A DNA stretch of 54,802 nt, the filler included, from Calcarisporiella thermophila CBS 279.70 (taxonomy: Eukaryota; Fungi; Calcarisporiellomycota), in NCBI RefSeq assembly GCF_041956535.1. It is 8 parts of 7 records of this genome, joined end to end, with 100 filler letters (N's around TTAATTAATTAA, not from the genome) between each part and the next. Parts side by side here need not be neighbours in the genome. Positions count along the whole stretch, not along the records: positions 31,457 to 44,827 come from NW_027192227.1; positions 44,928 to 54,802 come from NW_027192229.1; 6 more parts are not named here. The stretch is one strand, 5' to 3'. The notes beneath the pieces are model-generated. The model did not search any database and was not told the DNA's origin. It worked only from the letters and a program-made list of their open reading frames with translations. Positions 37,501-50,512 of the stretch are shown here, one piece after another. The position numbers were made by a program, and so were the translations under genes. Every line of letters starts with the position of its first letter. The stretch's first letter is position 1.

Positions 37501-38928
37501 AATGTTGCTGCATAATATTGAGATGGGATTCTAAAGTATAGATATAGGTTTTCAGGAAAGGTGGAGAAGGAATACCGGCTAGCTGGAAGGGTCGCCGGAG
37601 AGGCTATTCGCGAAATAAGAACCATTGCATCACTCGCAGCTGAGGATGTTTTCGAAAAGAAGTATGCAGGTTGGTGACTCGGTTAGCCATAATTTTCAGC
37701 TTTATTTGACGAGTTTGATTTTATATACAGAATATTGCCAAGTGCCCCATAGTTTCGCAATGAAAAAGGCTTTTATTACCTCCATTGGATATGGCTTATC
37801 TGAAGGCTTATATCATCTCGCTCATATTTTGGGATTATATCTTGGAGCACGTTTTATACAATCCGGTGAAATGACCTCTCAGCAGGTTACAGTAGTATTA
37901 TTTACTGTTATCTGGTCATCTCGGGGACTAAGTCAATTCTCCAGTCATATGCCGAGATTTGTAAAAGCAAAACGGGCTGCAATCAATTTGTTTGAATTGC
38001 TTGATAAAAAATCTAAAATCGACCCAGATGCAACGGGTAAATGTGTAGCAATAGCTCCTGGGACTGCGGAATTGCAAAATGCTACTTTTGCATACCCAAT
38101 GAGGCCCGATATAATTATATTCAAAAATATATGGATGTTAATTCGTCGATATCAAAAGGTCGCCATAGTAGGCCCAAGTGGGTGTGGAAAATCAACCATA
38201 ATTTCTCTGTTGCTCCGATGGTACGATTGCAATTCGGGTGCGGTATCCATTGATGGTATAAATGTTAAAGAGTGGCAGCTGGATTATATGCGGCAAAGAA
38301 TTGCCTATGTTGGTCAAGAGCCGGTATTGTTCGATATGACAGTGAAAGAGAATATCTTACTCGGGTGCCGAAATGAACAAGACGTGACACAAGAGGAAAT
38401 CGAAGCAGTTGCAAAGAAGGCAAACATACACGACTTCATCTGTAGTCTTCCCAATGGATATCATACACGAGTAGGCGATAAGGGGAAGCAGATTTCTGGA
38501 GGTCAAAAGCAAAGAATTGCTATTGCAAGAGCTCTTTTGAGAAATCCTGAAATCTTGTTATTGGATGAAGCCACCAGTGCACTAGATTCGGACTCGGAGA
38601 AGCTGGTACAAGAGGCACTAGAAATTGCAATGCTAGGCCGTACGACACTTGTCATTGCCCATCGATTGTCTACTGTGCAAGATTCTGACCTTATCAGTGA
38701 GTATTTTCATATTCCAATAGTTGTAAGAATGATTGTTAACTCGATAATAATGTTAGTTGTAATGAAAGATGGTGAAATCCAAGAAATAGGGTAAGATTAT
38801 TTTTTTAATTCACCCTTTTCTGGAAATTGTGTTGACAACGCAATACAATTCATAGAGAGCATTCCAAGTTGGTTGCGTATCCTGGGCTATACCGCGAGCT
38901 AGTGAAACAGCAAAACCTCAAATATTAG
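34542..38928 (+). CDS. ABCB/MDR full-length ABC transporter, paralog 2
   Basis: Same exon structure and motifs as paralog 1 (GASGGGKST, LSGGQ, GPSGCGKST, ISGGQ). Ends YRELVKQQNLKY*. Confidence 0.95.
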
Positions 38929-40519
38929 TGGACTAATATATTGCGGTTAGTGGCTCTTCTGCTCCATCTCATGTTTCACTATGATGAGGCAGTTTTTTTA
39001 GTCAATTTGAGCTACTCTCATTGATTTTATAGCATCTGTATAATGGTTCTTTTTGACTTACTTCATAAGTATGGTGTAATGGAGAGGATATTTAATCACA
39101 ATAACTATATAGTTAATGAAGATGGCCAGAGTAAATTAATGGTTAAGATAAATATCATAAACTTTGAAACTGTAGGACAGGCTGAGTCATCAATGTCCTT
39201 GCTTAGAGAGATATGGCTCGAGTGTTTCACCCCATCATACATTGTTAGTGGAGTTATGCTGCATTATTTCTTATTTTTTTTATTGTTTTATTTTGACATT
39301 GTGAAAGATGCTGTGCACTCTAGAATTGATTGACGGAAAAATAATTCTTACAAAAAGGGTTAGCCTAAGGATATCTTAGTTTTCTAATTCTGGTAGTGAA
39401 ACAGAATCGAAGATTTCATATTATAATGAGTGGGAAAAAAGCTACCTCAATATAATAACTATCATCTTTGCTCGATTATTTTTCACAGACAAAATCAATT
39501 TAGGATATCAGCTCTAGTTATTTAGTTGTAGTAGGTTGAGTCATTCGAGCCATACCACTCTAAGCCTGAATATTGACACACTGGTATTTTGTACCGGTTT
39601 CAATAATATAATATATACAATCCAATAATGTGTACAATTTCTCCAATTTCTAAATCCAGTATGTCTGCTCAGGCTTGGAATCTCCCACATCACTTCTCAT
39701 CTCCAGCTGCGTGAATTTCTAGTGCTCTGGGTGCTGGTGCGCCAAACATTTTGGTGCGCCGCCCTAAGCTAGCATGAATTATGAAATAGCGCTGTGCTTC
39801 GAATAATCTCTCCCAATCACCTCACTGACTAAATCCAGTATCGGAATTTCAACTCTAACGCCAGATTTGGAAAGAGGTCATATTGCTAAGAAACAGTCAA
39901 ATGCCTAATGTAAAATCACCGATATCGCTAGAGAGAGGGCGAGCGATTCTTCTTTTTCAACGAGTCGTCTGCCGGTCCACTTTGGCGCATTAGAGATTAT
40001 GTATTGGTGAAGTTACGCTGCCATAAACCATTCCGCCTTCGTCGTGAGGAAAAACAATGCCGCTCGAGAACGCTCAATGCTTTAGTTGTCTCCTGCCCAC
40101 GAATTTGCCTCGGACACCATGCTTTGATCCCAGCGCACTAAGCCAACAAGTATCCAAATTCTGACATTCCATTTGACCCAGTGAGTCAAGGGAAAGGCCA
40201 GTTGCTGTACAAGCGTCATGCACAGTCATCAGAGCCAGAAAATCAACGACTCATGTACCAGTTGCACTTAAACCGTGTGGAATGCTTGCTGCTACTCATC
40301 CACTCCCGACTTACGTCCGAACTGCCGCTTCAACCCCAAGATAAAGCAGCACAGAAATATTGGTGGGGAAGAGCTACAAACTTCTGATGCGCATGCCCGC
40401 TCATATTATTCCCGAGTTAAGGCAAAGCAACTGGTTGCCGTAAAAGAGATGCTATATAGATCCAAAGCCTTTCGCTAGATGGGTGCCTCGGTATTACCAC
40501 CATTTTATCAATGATGATT

Positions 40520-42660
40520 AACACGAAGAACGCTCAACCAGCGCCGTTACTACCTGATAAAGCTTCGCTGCGAGAACGTGAGATAATCGAATAGTAATGG
40601 GCGAGCTTATGGTACAAGAAGTAGATGAAGTGTCTATTTCACCTTGGGCAGCACATGTCATCTTTGTCCCAAAGAAGGATGTGGCATTACGATTTTGCAT
40701 CAATTTCTGGTGATTGAATGCAAAAACTCTCCTTGATCGTTATCTCCTATCGAGAATTCCCGGCTTGATGTTCTATTTCTCCGAATAGTTATGGTATTCG
40801 TCGTTTGACGCCAAAAGTAGATTTCATCAAATATCACTTGCAACAAAAGATGATCGATCAAAGACTGGACATCATGCCTACACGGATCTGTAACAGTATA
40901 CTAGAACGCCATTCGGAGTAAAGACCGCACTTTTCACTCTTATTTTCCAATATATCGATCCACAAGTTACTGGAAGATGAGAGTTCGCTGCAATTTATAT
41001 TGGTAATTTGATCGTCTCAGGCAGGAATTTTGAGGGACATCTTTGCACTGCTCAACGATTTTTCTACCCATTATCCATTAGCCTTTCATAAATAAATCGT
41101 ACCTCTACTTCTCCAAACTCATCACACCGGGTCATTCTGATTCTGGACACAGAATACAACTCTGTAAGAGGAAACGCGTGCGACCTTGCTGTGGGAAAAA
41201 CCATTCTCTATAAGAGTTGAAACTCCTCCTCGGACTAACCTTGTAACATATTACAATTTTGTACGAGATCGATACTAGGTTAATTTGAGATAAGGGAGAA
41301 AGGTAATAACTCCGTATCTTATTCCAAAAAGCAAAATGCCCAAAATGTATACTCAAACAGTGATGATGTAAACAAGCAGCCACTAAGTATAAGAATTATC
41401 TAAAACTATCATATGTAACAGGGAGTTAAGCACTCCGCGATTATGATATTGACAGACTCCGACCAGCACTAAATTTTGCTTATCCTAACTTTGATTAACC
41501 ATTACACCTTCACATATATGCAAATGCGGTCGGAATCAGCACTGTATTTGCGCAAGATCGAGTAGATGCGGAAAGTGGCTAGTTTTCCTGGAGATCCTCC
41601 ATTACATTCGTCAATCCAAGCTTGCCATACAGAATTATTTTGCAACCGAACTCGAGTGTCTAGCCATAGTGTGGCCACTCTCCCATTTTTGACGCCTATT
41701 TTGAAAGCTCCTAGTCCATCTCCTTACCAATCATATTGCACTTTGATGAATACCGGAATATCGATGACCGAATGCTAGACTCCTTCGTTGAATAATTCGC
41801 TTTCGGATTTATGACTACACCTCCTTGGTCAATCTCACGCTAACTTGAATTACTATCTAGGATGTCGATTCCGAAAGTAATCATCGTTTCCATTCTCTCG
41901 TTCATGCAAAACATCACTGATGAAGTGGATGTCGATTACGAACATGGGCAAAAATTTGGCTGAGACAATCAATTTTTAAGCGCTGTACCGCAAGCCTTGA
42001 AGAGCTTAACCATAGCATATTTCATGCATTCTTTACAAGCAATGGATTTTTATTCCAACGAAGTTTAGACGAGATTGACTAAGAGTGTTTATGCATCTCG
42101 GATCATGAAAATTTTCAAAATTCTTACTACTCCAAAGGGTGCACGATGCTCTCAGCTCGGCCCACTCTGGAAGGAAAAAGACATTAGAGCTGATTCAGCG
42201 ATAATACAACTGGCCCAAAATGACGGTTGATGCTCAATGTTATGAATCTATTTATGCTCACTGCTAGCGAAATATGTCATCAAATTAGAAAGCGGTTATC
42301 CTTCTCTCTCCCTTGCGATATTAAGACTAAGGTGGCGATGGATTTTTTCACTTAATTTCCATGAGCATCAGATGGTCCCGGCACGACACAGGAGCTAGTG
42401 GGTCAATTGACTAAACATGCACATTTCTTCGCAATCAACAGAGGCATCGCCGCGGCCTAACTCGCTCAACTTGTTCTATTTTATTTGACCAAGTTTGATT
42501 CCACTCCATAAAACACTCAAGCGCAACATTACAGACTGATACCAAATTCACTTAAGCAATTTGTAACGAAGTCCTATTGACACTATGAATATGGTTGTCA
42601 TAGATTTCGACTTACCACTCTCGGGAAGATGGACAAAGAGTTAATCGGCCGCGAGTGAAA
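40520..42660 (+). mobile_element. Highly decayed Ty3/Gypsy pol relic
   Basis: SPWAAHVIFVPKKD..LRFCINF..LN, FDAKSRFHQI, PFGVK, LAYPNFD, ELECLAIVW and integrase traces in RT-RH-IN order, with many stops and frameshifts. Confidence 0.85.
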
Positions 42661-43499
42661 ATGCTTAGTCTCTTCCTCAGTTCAATAATTATTTCTAGAT
42701 ATGAGATAAAATTTTTGCTGTCATTTTGTAGTTATTTGACTGTTTTTTTTGGCGTATTAACTATTAAAAGTTGCATGAGTGCGAGCTCGAGAGGCACCCA
42801 CATTATTATGTTCTTCCTAGTTCTATGTAAACACGCCTATTTATATTTTATCGTTCCTCACCTACCTGCTATTTTTATTGAGTTTACTTTGTCTACCTGT
42901 CGAGCCGTTACAATCTAACTCTGTGCTGTTCTTTGTATTTATATGTATTAGCTGCTTTCATACTAGTACCATGTGGATAACCATAACCTAAAAATTGACT
43001 CGATAATATAACCTGAGAATAAATTCCTTTTCAATGATATAGAAAATATTTCCTAAAAGCAATTTAATCTTTTCACAATATACGCTCTTATACATTCACC
43101 ATTGAAATTGTAAAATTATCTTATAAAATGTTAACTGTAAAGATATTTTCATTGGTTTATCTACACGGAATTAAACCCGATCCTTTCACAGTTAAAAAGG
43201 TTACTCCCTACTCAAATTTCAACACCGCTCTAAAATACAATAGTTGGGAAAATGAGTGGCTTTGGTATTCCACTTTTACTATCAAAGCACTACAAACACT
43301 AACTTCAAACTATATAATATGCTTTGGTTTAGTTGCACGTTAACCTTAGAGCATGTATCATGTATTAATATAAAAATTATATAAAGGGCTTTTTCGAAAA
43401 CGGTACATGCACATAAATTTTTCCTGAAACGTGTTTAATTGTATTATTGAAATCCAAGCAATCCAATCCAGATTTAAGTGTATCATATTTAGCTAATCG

Positions 43500-44827
43500 A
43501 TGGAACTTTTCAACCTGGATGGTGCCAACCATACCCATTCCACCCCACCTCCGAAAAGAAAAAATGTTTTAACAAATCAGTTTCGAAAGCTGATTAAAAA
43601 AAAAGAAAATGTTAACAAGATATCTTATTTTCATCTTTATCGATATGCTAGTAAATTTGATGTGCTCTTGATTATGTAGGGATTGAGTTGGAATAGGGCC
43701 AAATCCAAATCTAATCATATATTTTCAATAGTCTCGGAATATTATCTAGTATTACGGCAGGCATTTCTAGGACATTTGGTATCGTATTACTATGGAAAGC
43801 TGTTGCTACCATCAGTTCAATAGGAGATCCTGACGCTAGTAGCCAAGATATGATTGGAGCTATTATACCCTTTTTGGGAACAGTTATTTCAGTCATGCTT
43901 TCATCCTATTTGCATAATTGCTTTTGGTCACTTGCTGGTGAGAATCAGACAAAGGTAATCGAATTTTCCATTTATTCTATGACATACTTTTTGAATGCAT
44001 ATTGTGATATATGCATAGCGTATCCGCGAGCTCTACTTCCATTCAATTCTCCACCAAGATCAGAGTTGGTTTGATCTAAACCAGTCGGAGTCTCTCAACA
44101 CTCGTCTTTCAGCTGACACTTTGCTAATCCAAGAAGGCCTTTCAGAAAAGGTCGGGTTTCTCCTTAAGGACATATCGTATGCTATAGCTAGTTTTACACT
44201 GGCTTTTTATTATGGATGGAGGCTATCGATTGTATTGCTTGCGATTGTGCCGATGCTTATATTTTCAGGCTATTCTTTCGCAGTGGTATTAAAAACACAA
44301 TCTGAAAAAGTTCAGGGTGCTTATTCAAGTGCCGGGGCCCTGATAGAACAGTGTATATCCGGAATTCGCACAATTACTGCCTTTTCCATGCAGCAACATT
44401 TTGTTGAGCTTTTCAATGCATATCTTAATGTTGCGTATCAAGCAGGCGTCCGGAGAGCTATAAGAGCAGGTGAGACAATTAAAGTGATGTTTTATGAGAA
44501 TGACCATGTTTAATATTATAAAATTGAACTCAAGGGATTTTTATGGCGCTGGTGGAGTTTATTGATTTTAATAGTCATGGCTTTGGGTTTTGGTATGGAG
44601 CACGTTTAATTTCTCAAGGAGAAATATCTAGATCAGCAGCATTACAGTCACTGTTTTTAATAGTTGCCGGATCAATCGCAACAGGGTAAATTCTTTCTAA
44701 TCTTAACAAATACCAACATGATGACAATATCCTTTCCAATATTATTAGCGAAATAGCACCAAATTATAAAGCACTTGTGGAAGCCCAAGTAGCAGCTTAT
44801 AAAATATTTCCAGTCATCGACCGTAGG
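43500..44827 (+). CDS. ABCB/MDR transporter paralog 3, 5' part (TMD1), cut by contig end
   Basis: Colinear with paralogs 1 and 2 (ISYFHLYRYASKFD, WSLAGENQT, IQEGLSEKVG), with the same intron positions. Confidence 0.92.
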
Positions 44828-46881
44828 NNNNNNNNNNNNNNNNNNNNNNNNNNNNNNNNNNNNNNNNNNNNTTAATTAATTAANNNNNNNNNNNNNNNNN
44901 NNNNNNNNNNNNNNNNNNNNNNNNNNNCTCCCATATCTGAATCGAAATCTCAATTACTAGATGTAAAACGTTTCACTCTAGAGCAGCATGGTTTTAGCTC
45001 AGAGAAAAATATCACCAGATTGACCCGGAAATAGAAACTAGAGAAGGACTACTTTCGAAGTTCAGCCGGATTGGAATCACTGAAAATGAGATGGTTTACT
45101 AGAGGCTAATGTATATCGTAATCACCTGGATAAATACCCGCACCACAAGAAGTAACTATCCCACCAAAACTAGACACTATGCAAATCAAAATGATATTCT
45201 GGGAAATTTATGGGAAGTCACTACGATGCATTCGGAGGCCTTGGATGAGAAGTTTTATTATATTCTTAACACTGTTAGCTGGCGAAAACATTAAATATAT
45301 CCATCGATAAATAATCGGATCCTATGCAGTGCAAACTGACAAAAGATTTACAGACCATTTGAACCCATTGAAATCTAATAAGATTGCAGTCTCTGTAGTT
45401 GATGGTACTTCCGAACGTTCAAGTATAATTTTGATTCTTGTATCCTATCCCAAAAAACAAATTTCATAAAGCCTTAAACTGGAACCAAAAAAGTGCTCAA
45501 TCCGAAGAATATTATGTCTAAAAGTTGAAAGTAAAAAAAAGGCTTGGAAAACATCAGTTAACTCCAAATACTAATAATTGAAGAAAAGTTGTGCATAAGG
45601 AAAGACAGACAAGCAATTAGATAGAGAAAATGGAGGTCGAAATATATCACCTTCATGCAATAAATAGGCCTTCTATGGAATCGTGATGGAGAGTAGCGAG
45701 TGTATAAATGAACGTTTAAAAAATATTCGAAGTGTATTATTTTCATTGTATCATTCAATTCACCGTAGAATAGGTGAAAAGTTTGTAAAAATCTAGGGAA
45801 TCGCTAACCTCCTCTCTCTTTTCTACATTCTCCTATACGTTTTCTAGCAATTTTCACCAGGCAGGTTTTTTGTAGGGAATGGGCTAATCGTCAATTAATA
45901 AAACTCGTATAGAGCCACGTTGTTTGTGAAAAGGCGTGATTAAATTATGCGATCCTACATTATACTGACATCTAGTGTGCCTTAGCATTTTTTATCAAAA
46001 CATCTACCTAATATTATCAGGCATCACTGAAAACAAGAGTTTATTGTTTTAAAATGATATAGAAGATCAGAGCTTTGAGGTTTATTTTAGTGACCCAACC
46101 AGCCAAATGCACAAGCTTAGAAAATGGAACTCGAAGCTGAAGTCAATCTCAATGTTAATTCGACTTGCAAATTACAGGAAAAGGCATATGTTAAGGATTT
46201 AAAAGTAACGAGCATGTATCCATATTGGAACTCTAATGTAGAAAATGAGTTTAATTTGAATCAGACTGGCAGTTTTCCGTTTTCGGCCGAGGTTTTAAAT
46301 AAGATTTTGCAATATCGAAAATAATACTGATACAATATGATGAAAATTAATGTATTGTGTGTATTTGCGGGCCAGGAACCATGCACGATACCATTCGAGA
46401 TTAATATCTAAATCCACGATTGCTCCTTCATAACATGAAAATTGAGCTCTCAAAATCCCTGGTTGGTGAGTATAGTTACATCTACTCATTCCTGTGAGTC
46501 ATTAGTACGAAGAAAATACTAAATAAAGCCAAGTGAAATTTGTTAAGTTCTGCCCCTTTTTTTTATTCTATAAAAGGACGCTTAAACATTGCATTGTTGT
46601 CTTTCATAAGATATATCTCTCTGATAAAGATATTCCAAGGTATGTAACTTATTTATCTCGAGTGTTTCGTTTTAGGCTATTTTGGCCATTAGTGCTAGCG
46701 TGAAGCCTAGCATTTATTAAATTAGCTTCCACAATCGCGTAATTTTTTTTGTTCTTTTTTACTGGATTCTATATTCAATACTTATAAAGTAATGAAAACC
46801 AGGAACATACTAACCAATCCCTTTATTTTATTTGAAGTTTATCGTAAATCATCTATTATTTCCCAATAAGAAGATCATTCG

Positions 46882-47717
46882 ATGACAAACACCTTAAGCA
46901 TTGTTTACGCTACATATGAAGGCCATACCCGGATTATAGCAGAGCGGATTGCCAATAGAATTCGAGATAAATTAAGAAACAATTCTAATTGGAAAATTGA
47001 TGTCGTTAATTGCAACGCAATTAAGGAGATTAACAAGGATACTAAGGTACATTCTAATAATCTTATATTTTGAACATGCTTTTTGTTTTCGCACCCATAC
47101 TGCTTTATTATGCTTGATTCTAAGCGATGCTTTATTATAATCTACTATAGGCCGTCATTCTTGGGAGCCCTATATGTAGGTTGCCTTCTAATGCTATTGA
47201 AACCAGTGAAATTATGAAATTACAAGGCGACTAATCATCTAAATAATGACGATAGATTTTAGTAAACTAAACTCTAGCTTAGTTCAGTTTGCGCGTCGAA
47301 ATGCAAACACGCTAAATAATGCGCAAATACGCGCTATGTTCGTCAATGGGGGCAGCCTTGCACCATCAGCAGCTGATCAAAAGATTGTCGACAATATGAT
47401 AAATAATTTTGTCAACGAAACTGGTTATAATAATCAGTTTGCTGGAGGGTTTGGAGGAGCATATCATTATTCAACAATGATTTGGTGGAAAAAATTCGCT
47501 CTGAGGTATGTTTTATAAAGTACATTCTTTACTGAAATGCTTTCATAAACTAACGGCTAATCGTGTCGACAGCTTTGCCATGGGAAGTGTGAAATCGATT
47601 TTTGAGAAGGCAAAACTTGAGCCTCCGACCAATATGAATAAAGACTACGATTACACCGACTGGAATGCGGTACAGCAATGGGCAGACGAAGTAGTAGATA
47701 GACTTCCAAAAAAGTAA
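46882..47717 (+). CDS. HemG-like long-chain flavodoxin (Flavodoxin_5 family), three coding introns
   Basis: Spliced product has IVYATYEGHTRIIAERIA, AVILGSPI, FGGAYHY...WWKKF and DYDYTDWNAVQQWA. Introns at ~47047-47150, ~47176-47255 and ~47506-47572. TATAAAA at ~46569. Confidence 0.85.
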
Positions 47718-47835
47718 GAGCAGCGGTCACACGAATGAGGACAAAGGAGCAAAACACACGATCGAGATAACGGAATTGCTTGCAAAATAAGAAGTTAGTT
47801 TTTGTAAAAGTAAATTTTGATTGTGGCAACATATA

Positions 47836-48896
47836 AAGTATCTCCGGAAAGTTTTGGTGGATCTCATTATATTTAATAAATTGAACATATTTCCTGAAAA
47901 TTTCTATTCGCGGACTAAATAAATATTACTCAACACACGAAATTGCCGCCAGAGAAGGCGTTGGAAAAAATAGCGTAGCAGGAATTCTCCAGAATAAAGA
48001 GAGTGCATCAAACAATCCTCCAAGAAAGAAAATAGGTCGCCCATGAAAATTATCCAGCCGTGGTGAAAATAGATTATGTAGAAGCGTGGCGACAGGAGAG
48101 TGTAAGGACGCAGTCAAGGCGCAAGAACTTTGGAACGAGACGACTGAGGAGGTTATTTCCGTGAACACTGTTCGTGAAGCACTCCATCGTAAAGATTTTG
48201 TAGCTAGGGTCAAGAGAAAAAAAAACCATTTCTATTGAAAAGGCATCGCCTTAGGAGACTGGCATTTGCAATGAAATACAGCAGTTGGACCGTTGAAGAT
48301 TGGAGCCGTGTCATATTATCTGACGAGTGTCAAATACATATCTTTAACAATGGAATGCGAGAGTGGTTCTGGAAGAAGCGTAATGAACCACTGCAAGAGC
48401 GTCACATACAGCCAACGATCAAACACGGTGGCGGAAGCATTATGATGCGGGGATGCATGACTTCATACGGCATTGGAAGGGCATGTCGCATAATAGAAAA
48501 TCTTAACGCTGAGTTATATTCAAGAATCTTCGACCAAGAGATGATAGCCACGCTTCAACTGTATAATCTTAGCAAACAAGAGATAGTATTTCAATACGAC
48601 AACGACCCCAAGCACAAAGCCAAACTCATTGATCGATGGTTCGAAAACAACCAAGTCCAAGTTCTCGATTGGCCTTCACAATCTCCAGATCTCTGCCCCA
48701 TCATAATTTATGGGCTGAGCTAGTAGGACGTCTGAGGAGCAGATTCCCAAAGATAACGAGCCAGGATGATCTGTGGGAAAAGGTGAATATCGACTGGGAG
48801 TCACTCACTCAGGAGGATTGTTTGAAGTTGATCCGCACGATGCCAGAACGGATCCAAGCCGCTATTAAGGCAAAAGGAGGGTTTACTAAGTGGTAG
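47836..48896 (+). mobile_element. Defective copy of the 9200-10840 Tc1 element
   Basis: Left TIR after TA, ~280-bp internal deletion, stop and frameshifts, right TIR missing. Confidence 0.92.
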
Positions 48897-49385
48897 TCGG
48901 AGAGCATTTTATTTTGTATAAATAAAGTGAAATAATTTTAATCAATATGCAAGCCGCAAACAGCTTGCAGAACTAAAAACAATTTTTTTTAACCAGTGCC
49001 GTCGCCTAGGATTTCGTTCTGCTTGCGAAGTCTTGGGCAAATGGAATTATTCGGCTCTTGGCAATGTGTGCCTTGCTTAGAACCATAATCTCCTATTAGC
49101 GAACTATTATGTGTACATCAAAGTGTATATCAATTGAATGTAAAGGAGAGGCTAATAGGTGAATTAACCATTTCATCGGTATCGTGTATTTCTTATTGTT
49201 TTTACTGAAATGAGGCGCCAATATTATGGTATTCCGAGCCACCTACGAAAACTCTTCGTGAGAAAACAGTTAAAATAAGGTTGGAAATGAACTACGAAAG
49301 CCGTTGGTATAGCTATATATATAAAATTAATCCCTGTGTTGTCTTGCAAAGTTTATTGTTCATTCTAATATCTGGATAGCACCCC

Positions 49386-50435
49386 ATGCTTTTCACTGAC
49401 GGTTATGCTCTTCTTATTGGGACAGGTACGGATGTGAATGGCAAGATTAGTTCAAGATACCAGAGCACAATCAACGATGTTGAATGGCTGTACGATGTGC
49501 TGACTGATCCATCGCGTTGCGCCTATCCAAAAGAACAAGTTACTTGTCTTAAGGGGGAAGAGGCGACACAAAGGAATATAGAAAAAGCCTTGAATCAATT
49601 ATTCAGATACGCTGATGAAAACTCAACCGTTATTTTGTTTTTTTCAGGCCATGGTCATCTAGACGTATCAATGAGCAAAAGCTATCTCATCCCTTATGGT
49701 TTTCAAGCAGGAATGAATAATGAAGAAAATGCTATTTCTGGAGAGAGTCTTGCCTTTTATTTCAATGGGTCTATGTGCAAGAAGCAGATTCTCTTATTAA
49801 ATTGTTGCTACGCTGGAGGTGTAATTCCTGACCTACTACCCCTTGGCAGTGAAGAGGACCAGGAGCTGGCTTTAGGAGGTATCCCTCTCAATGAAAAGCA
49901 AATCAATAGGCTGGCTGCAGGAAAGGGGTTCGCTGTAATTTCGTCTTCCTGAATAAATGAAAAATCGCTTACTGGGACGCGTGGGGGTAAGTTTGGCTCA
50001 TCCCCATCGAAATATTATAGCGTATTTGTAGTTGGATTAATTGCGGCCTTGTCAGGCTGGAATCAGTGGGAAAATAAAAAAGGATACGTTTATATAACGG
50101 ACCTAGCCTACAGGTGTATGGATTTTGTTATCGACAAGACCAGCAACCAACAGCACCCTTATTTTGATTTTAAAAATCTTTATAAGTTCCCAGTCGCTTA
50201 TTATCATGGAAGAGAACTAACCAGGTCACTTTCACACAAGGAGGAATGGGAAAATTTTGTAATATTTGAGGATCAGAAAGTTGACGACCTAGCGGAGAAA
50301 TTGCGCAAAGGTCCAAATCCTTCTACACCAAGTGAAGAGCAATATGGAGAGGCTAGGTCTAGTAATTCTGGACCAAATTTCCAAGCCAGTGGAAGTAATA
50401 TTACTGTTTACTTTGGCAGTTATTTTATAGTGTAA
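49386..50435 (+). pseudogene. Caspase-like peptidase (C14, prokaryotic type) with a single in-frame TGA at 49950-49952
   Basis: YALLIG, EEAT..NI, LFFSGHG, YLIPY, LLLNCCYAG. The same frame continues past the TGA into SVF...L..AL.G and QQHP. Confidence 0.85.
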
Positions 50436-50512
50436 CGGTTGAATATTATTATTTTTCTCAAATGTGATAAATCCTTTGCTGTTTTCTAATCCTTTACTTT
50501 CGCGTACATTGC

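Noticed and set aside
49987-50020. GTAAGT..TAG intron in the caspase gene
   Set aside because: Only 34 nt, lies after the stop, and would break the conserved frame.
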